Part shown: positions 62,118 to 64,000 of the stretch, piece by piece
Layout: every line of letters starts with the position of its first letter
How positions within the stretch are numbered: the stretch's first letter is position 1
NCBI GenBank assembly: GCA_965231045.1
Contig: OZ246406.1
Span: 578,208 to 642,207 of the forward strand
DNA length: 64,000 nucleotides
Reading direction: 5' to 3'
Source: an uncultured Candidatus Saccharibacteria bacterium
GTDB taxonomy: Bacteria; Patescibacteriota; Saccharimonadia; Saccharimonadales; JAGQNJ01
Notes under the pieces: model-generated
Database searches by the model: none
What the model saw: the letters and a program-made list of their open reading frames with translations, nothing else
What the model was told of the DNA's origin: nothing
Made by a program: the position numbers and the translations under genes

Positions 62118-63464
62118 ATGACCCAAGAAATCTTTGACGAAATCTTTAAAGCCTACGACATTCGTGGAAAAGTTGGATCAGAATTAAAACCAGAGCTTAT
62201 TGAGCTAGTTGGCCGAGCTGTTGCCGAATGGCTACCTAACGAAGGACCGGTTGCAGTTGGCCGCGATATGCGTCCAGACTCAGCAGAACTTGCTCAAGCG
62301 ATTATCAAAGGTTTAACTGAGCAGGGCCGTGACGTATGGGACATAGGCGAAGTTACCAGTGACATGATTTATTTTGCTACTGGGCATAACAAGTTAGCTG
62401 GTGGTGTGATGATTACAGCCAGCCACAACCCGGGTGAATACAATGGTATTAAGTTTTGTGCCGATGAGGCTAAACCAATTGGTATTGAATCGGGATTACT
62501 AGATATTAAGAAATTAGCTCTGGCCAATCAATGGAGTGAAAAACCTGCCGGCAAAGTTATCGAAAAAGATATTGTCGAAGATTGGATCACACATGCCCTT
62601 TCATTTATTGATCCAAGCAATCTTAAAGAATTAAAACTCGTTGTTGATGCTGGAAACGGCATGGCCGGAAAAATCTTCCCCGAGCTTGAGCCGTATGTAC
62701 CGTTTGATGTTACAGAACTCTATTTTGAACTAGACGGCTCCTTCCCTAACCATATTGCAAATCCACTTGAGCCAAAAAATTTGGTTGATGTAATTTCTAA
62801 GGTAAAAGAAACCGGCGCTGATGCTGGGTTAGCATTTGATGGTGACGGTGACCGAGCTGTTTTGATTGATGAAACTGGTGAGCCTATTTCTGGTACGGTT
62901 ATGAGTGCAATATTGGCAGAATATTTCCTGAAGAAAAATCCTGGATCAACGATTCTGCTGAATGCAATTTGTGGACAAGCAGCTGTTGATGCTGTTAATA
63001 AAAATGGCGGCAAAGTCGTTCGAACTAAAGTTGGGCATTCATTTATAAAAGGTGAAATGCGAAAACACAATGGTTTGTTTGCCGGTGAGCACAGTGGGCA
63101 TTATTATTTCCGTGATAATTTCATGGCTGATTCAGGACTTATTGCGGCTGTTGTTGCTCTAGCTGTACTGTCTAATAGTGGCAAAAAACTTTCCGAGCTT
63201 GCTAATCAATATCGTACCTATCAGCAAATTAATGAAACCAACTTTGAAGTTGCCGACAAAGATGCAACTATGAAGAAAGTAGCCGCCGCCTTCCCTGATG
63301 CTGATGCCGATTGGCTCGACGGCCTAACACTTAGATTTAAGAACTCATGGGTGAATGTTCGTCTAAGTAATACAGAGCCCCTACTTCGACTTAATGCCGA
63401 AGCCAAAGACAAGGCTGAGCTCGATAAACTCGTTGCAAAAGTTACCGAACTTATTAAGCAATAA
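62118..63464 (+). CDS. Phosphomannomutase/phosphoglucomutase
   Basis: Has the active-site loop TASHNPGEYNGIK, the metal loop FDGDGDR and GEHSGHYYF. Confidence 0.9.
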   Translation: MTQEIFDEIFKAYDIRGKVGSELKPELIELVGRAVAEWLPNEGPVAVGRDMRPDSAELAQAIIKGLTEQGRDVWDIGEVTSDMIYFATGHNKLAGGVMITASHNPGEYNGIKFCADEAKPIGIESGLLDIKKLALANQWSEKPAGKVIEKDIVEDWITHALSFIDPSNLKELKLVVDAGNGMAGKIFPELEPYVPFDVTELYFELDGSFPNHIANPLEPKNLVDVISKVKETGADAGLAFDGDGDRAVLIDETGEPISGTVMSAILAEYFLKKNPGSTILLNAICGQAAVDAVNKNGGKVVRTKVGHSFIKGEMRKHNGLFAGEHSGHYYFRDNFMADSGLIAAVVALAVLSNSGKKLSELANQYRTYQQINETNFEVADKDATMKKVAAAFPDADADWLDGLTLRFKNSWVNVRLSNTEPLLRLNAEAKDKAELDKLVAKVTELIKQ

Positions 63465-63490
63465 GCGCTGAAATATTGGTATACTACTAG

Positions 63491-64000
<510 letters not shown>

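Overview
The window is about 42% GC, gene-dense and mostly housekeeping. It resembles a small-genome, Patescibacteria/CPR-type bacterium, possibly Saccharibacteria; that placement is an inference from gene content, not a database hit. I see no rRNA, CRISPR array, integrase or transposase.

Recognisable core genes:
- lepA (5' end), murJ, ftsH, tilS, pyrB, truD, dus, tsaC, aspS, nadD and uppP.
- A Mur-ligase gene, two ABC-2 exporter pairs, a tandem NRAMP pair and a Kef-type antiporter.
- A 3'-terminal cell-envelope glycan cluster: GtrA, WbaP-like, GT4, galE, cytidylyltransferase, PMM and rfbB (truncated at the window edge).

RNA genes are four tRNAs. Three carry a CAU anticodon: an elongator Met, an initiator-like tRNA and an Ile2-like tRNA. 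The fourth is an odd 92-nt tRNA with a CCA anticodon.

Most notable observations:
1. A 4.1-kb five-gene islet sits exactly between two copies of a 32-nt direct repeat that is the 3' end of an FMN-reductase gene. It encodes a TruD-like protein, a Cys/His protein, a PreA/DHODH-like Fe-S flavoprotein, a Gmk-like P-loop protein and a zinc-ribbon Nudix. No recombinase gene is present.
2. A cobalamin-riboswitch-like leader with a terminator/antiterminator platform lies upstream of an uncharacterised 533-aa Cys-rich protein. A zinc-ribbon ORF overlaps that protein in the +1 frame, with nadD downstream.
3. A 1.3-kb islet follows the initiator-like tRNA. It ends in a duplicated tRNA 3' half that carries a 30-nt hairpin insertion, and it contains a GC-rich orphan ORF and the unusual tRNA.
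4. A 120-bp insertion flanked by 23-nt repeats lies at the zinc-ribbon/nadD junction.
5. An intergenic ACCTCTGT motif occurs seven times, three of them as the exact 13-mer TTTTCACCTCTGT.
6. A eukaryote-like D-amino-acid oxidase forms an operon with an Ldh_2 reductase and an S51 peptidase.

All functional calls come from motif recognition by eye. No searches were run.
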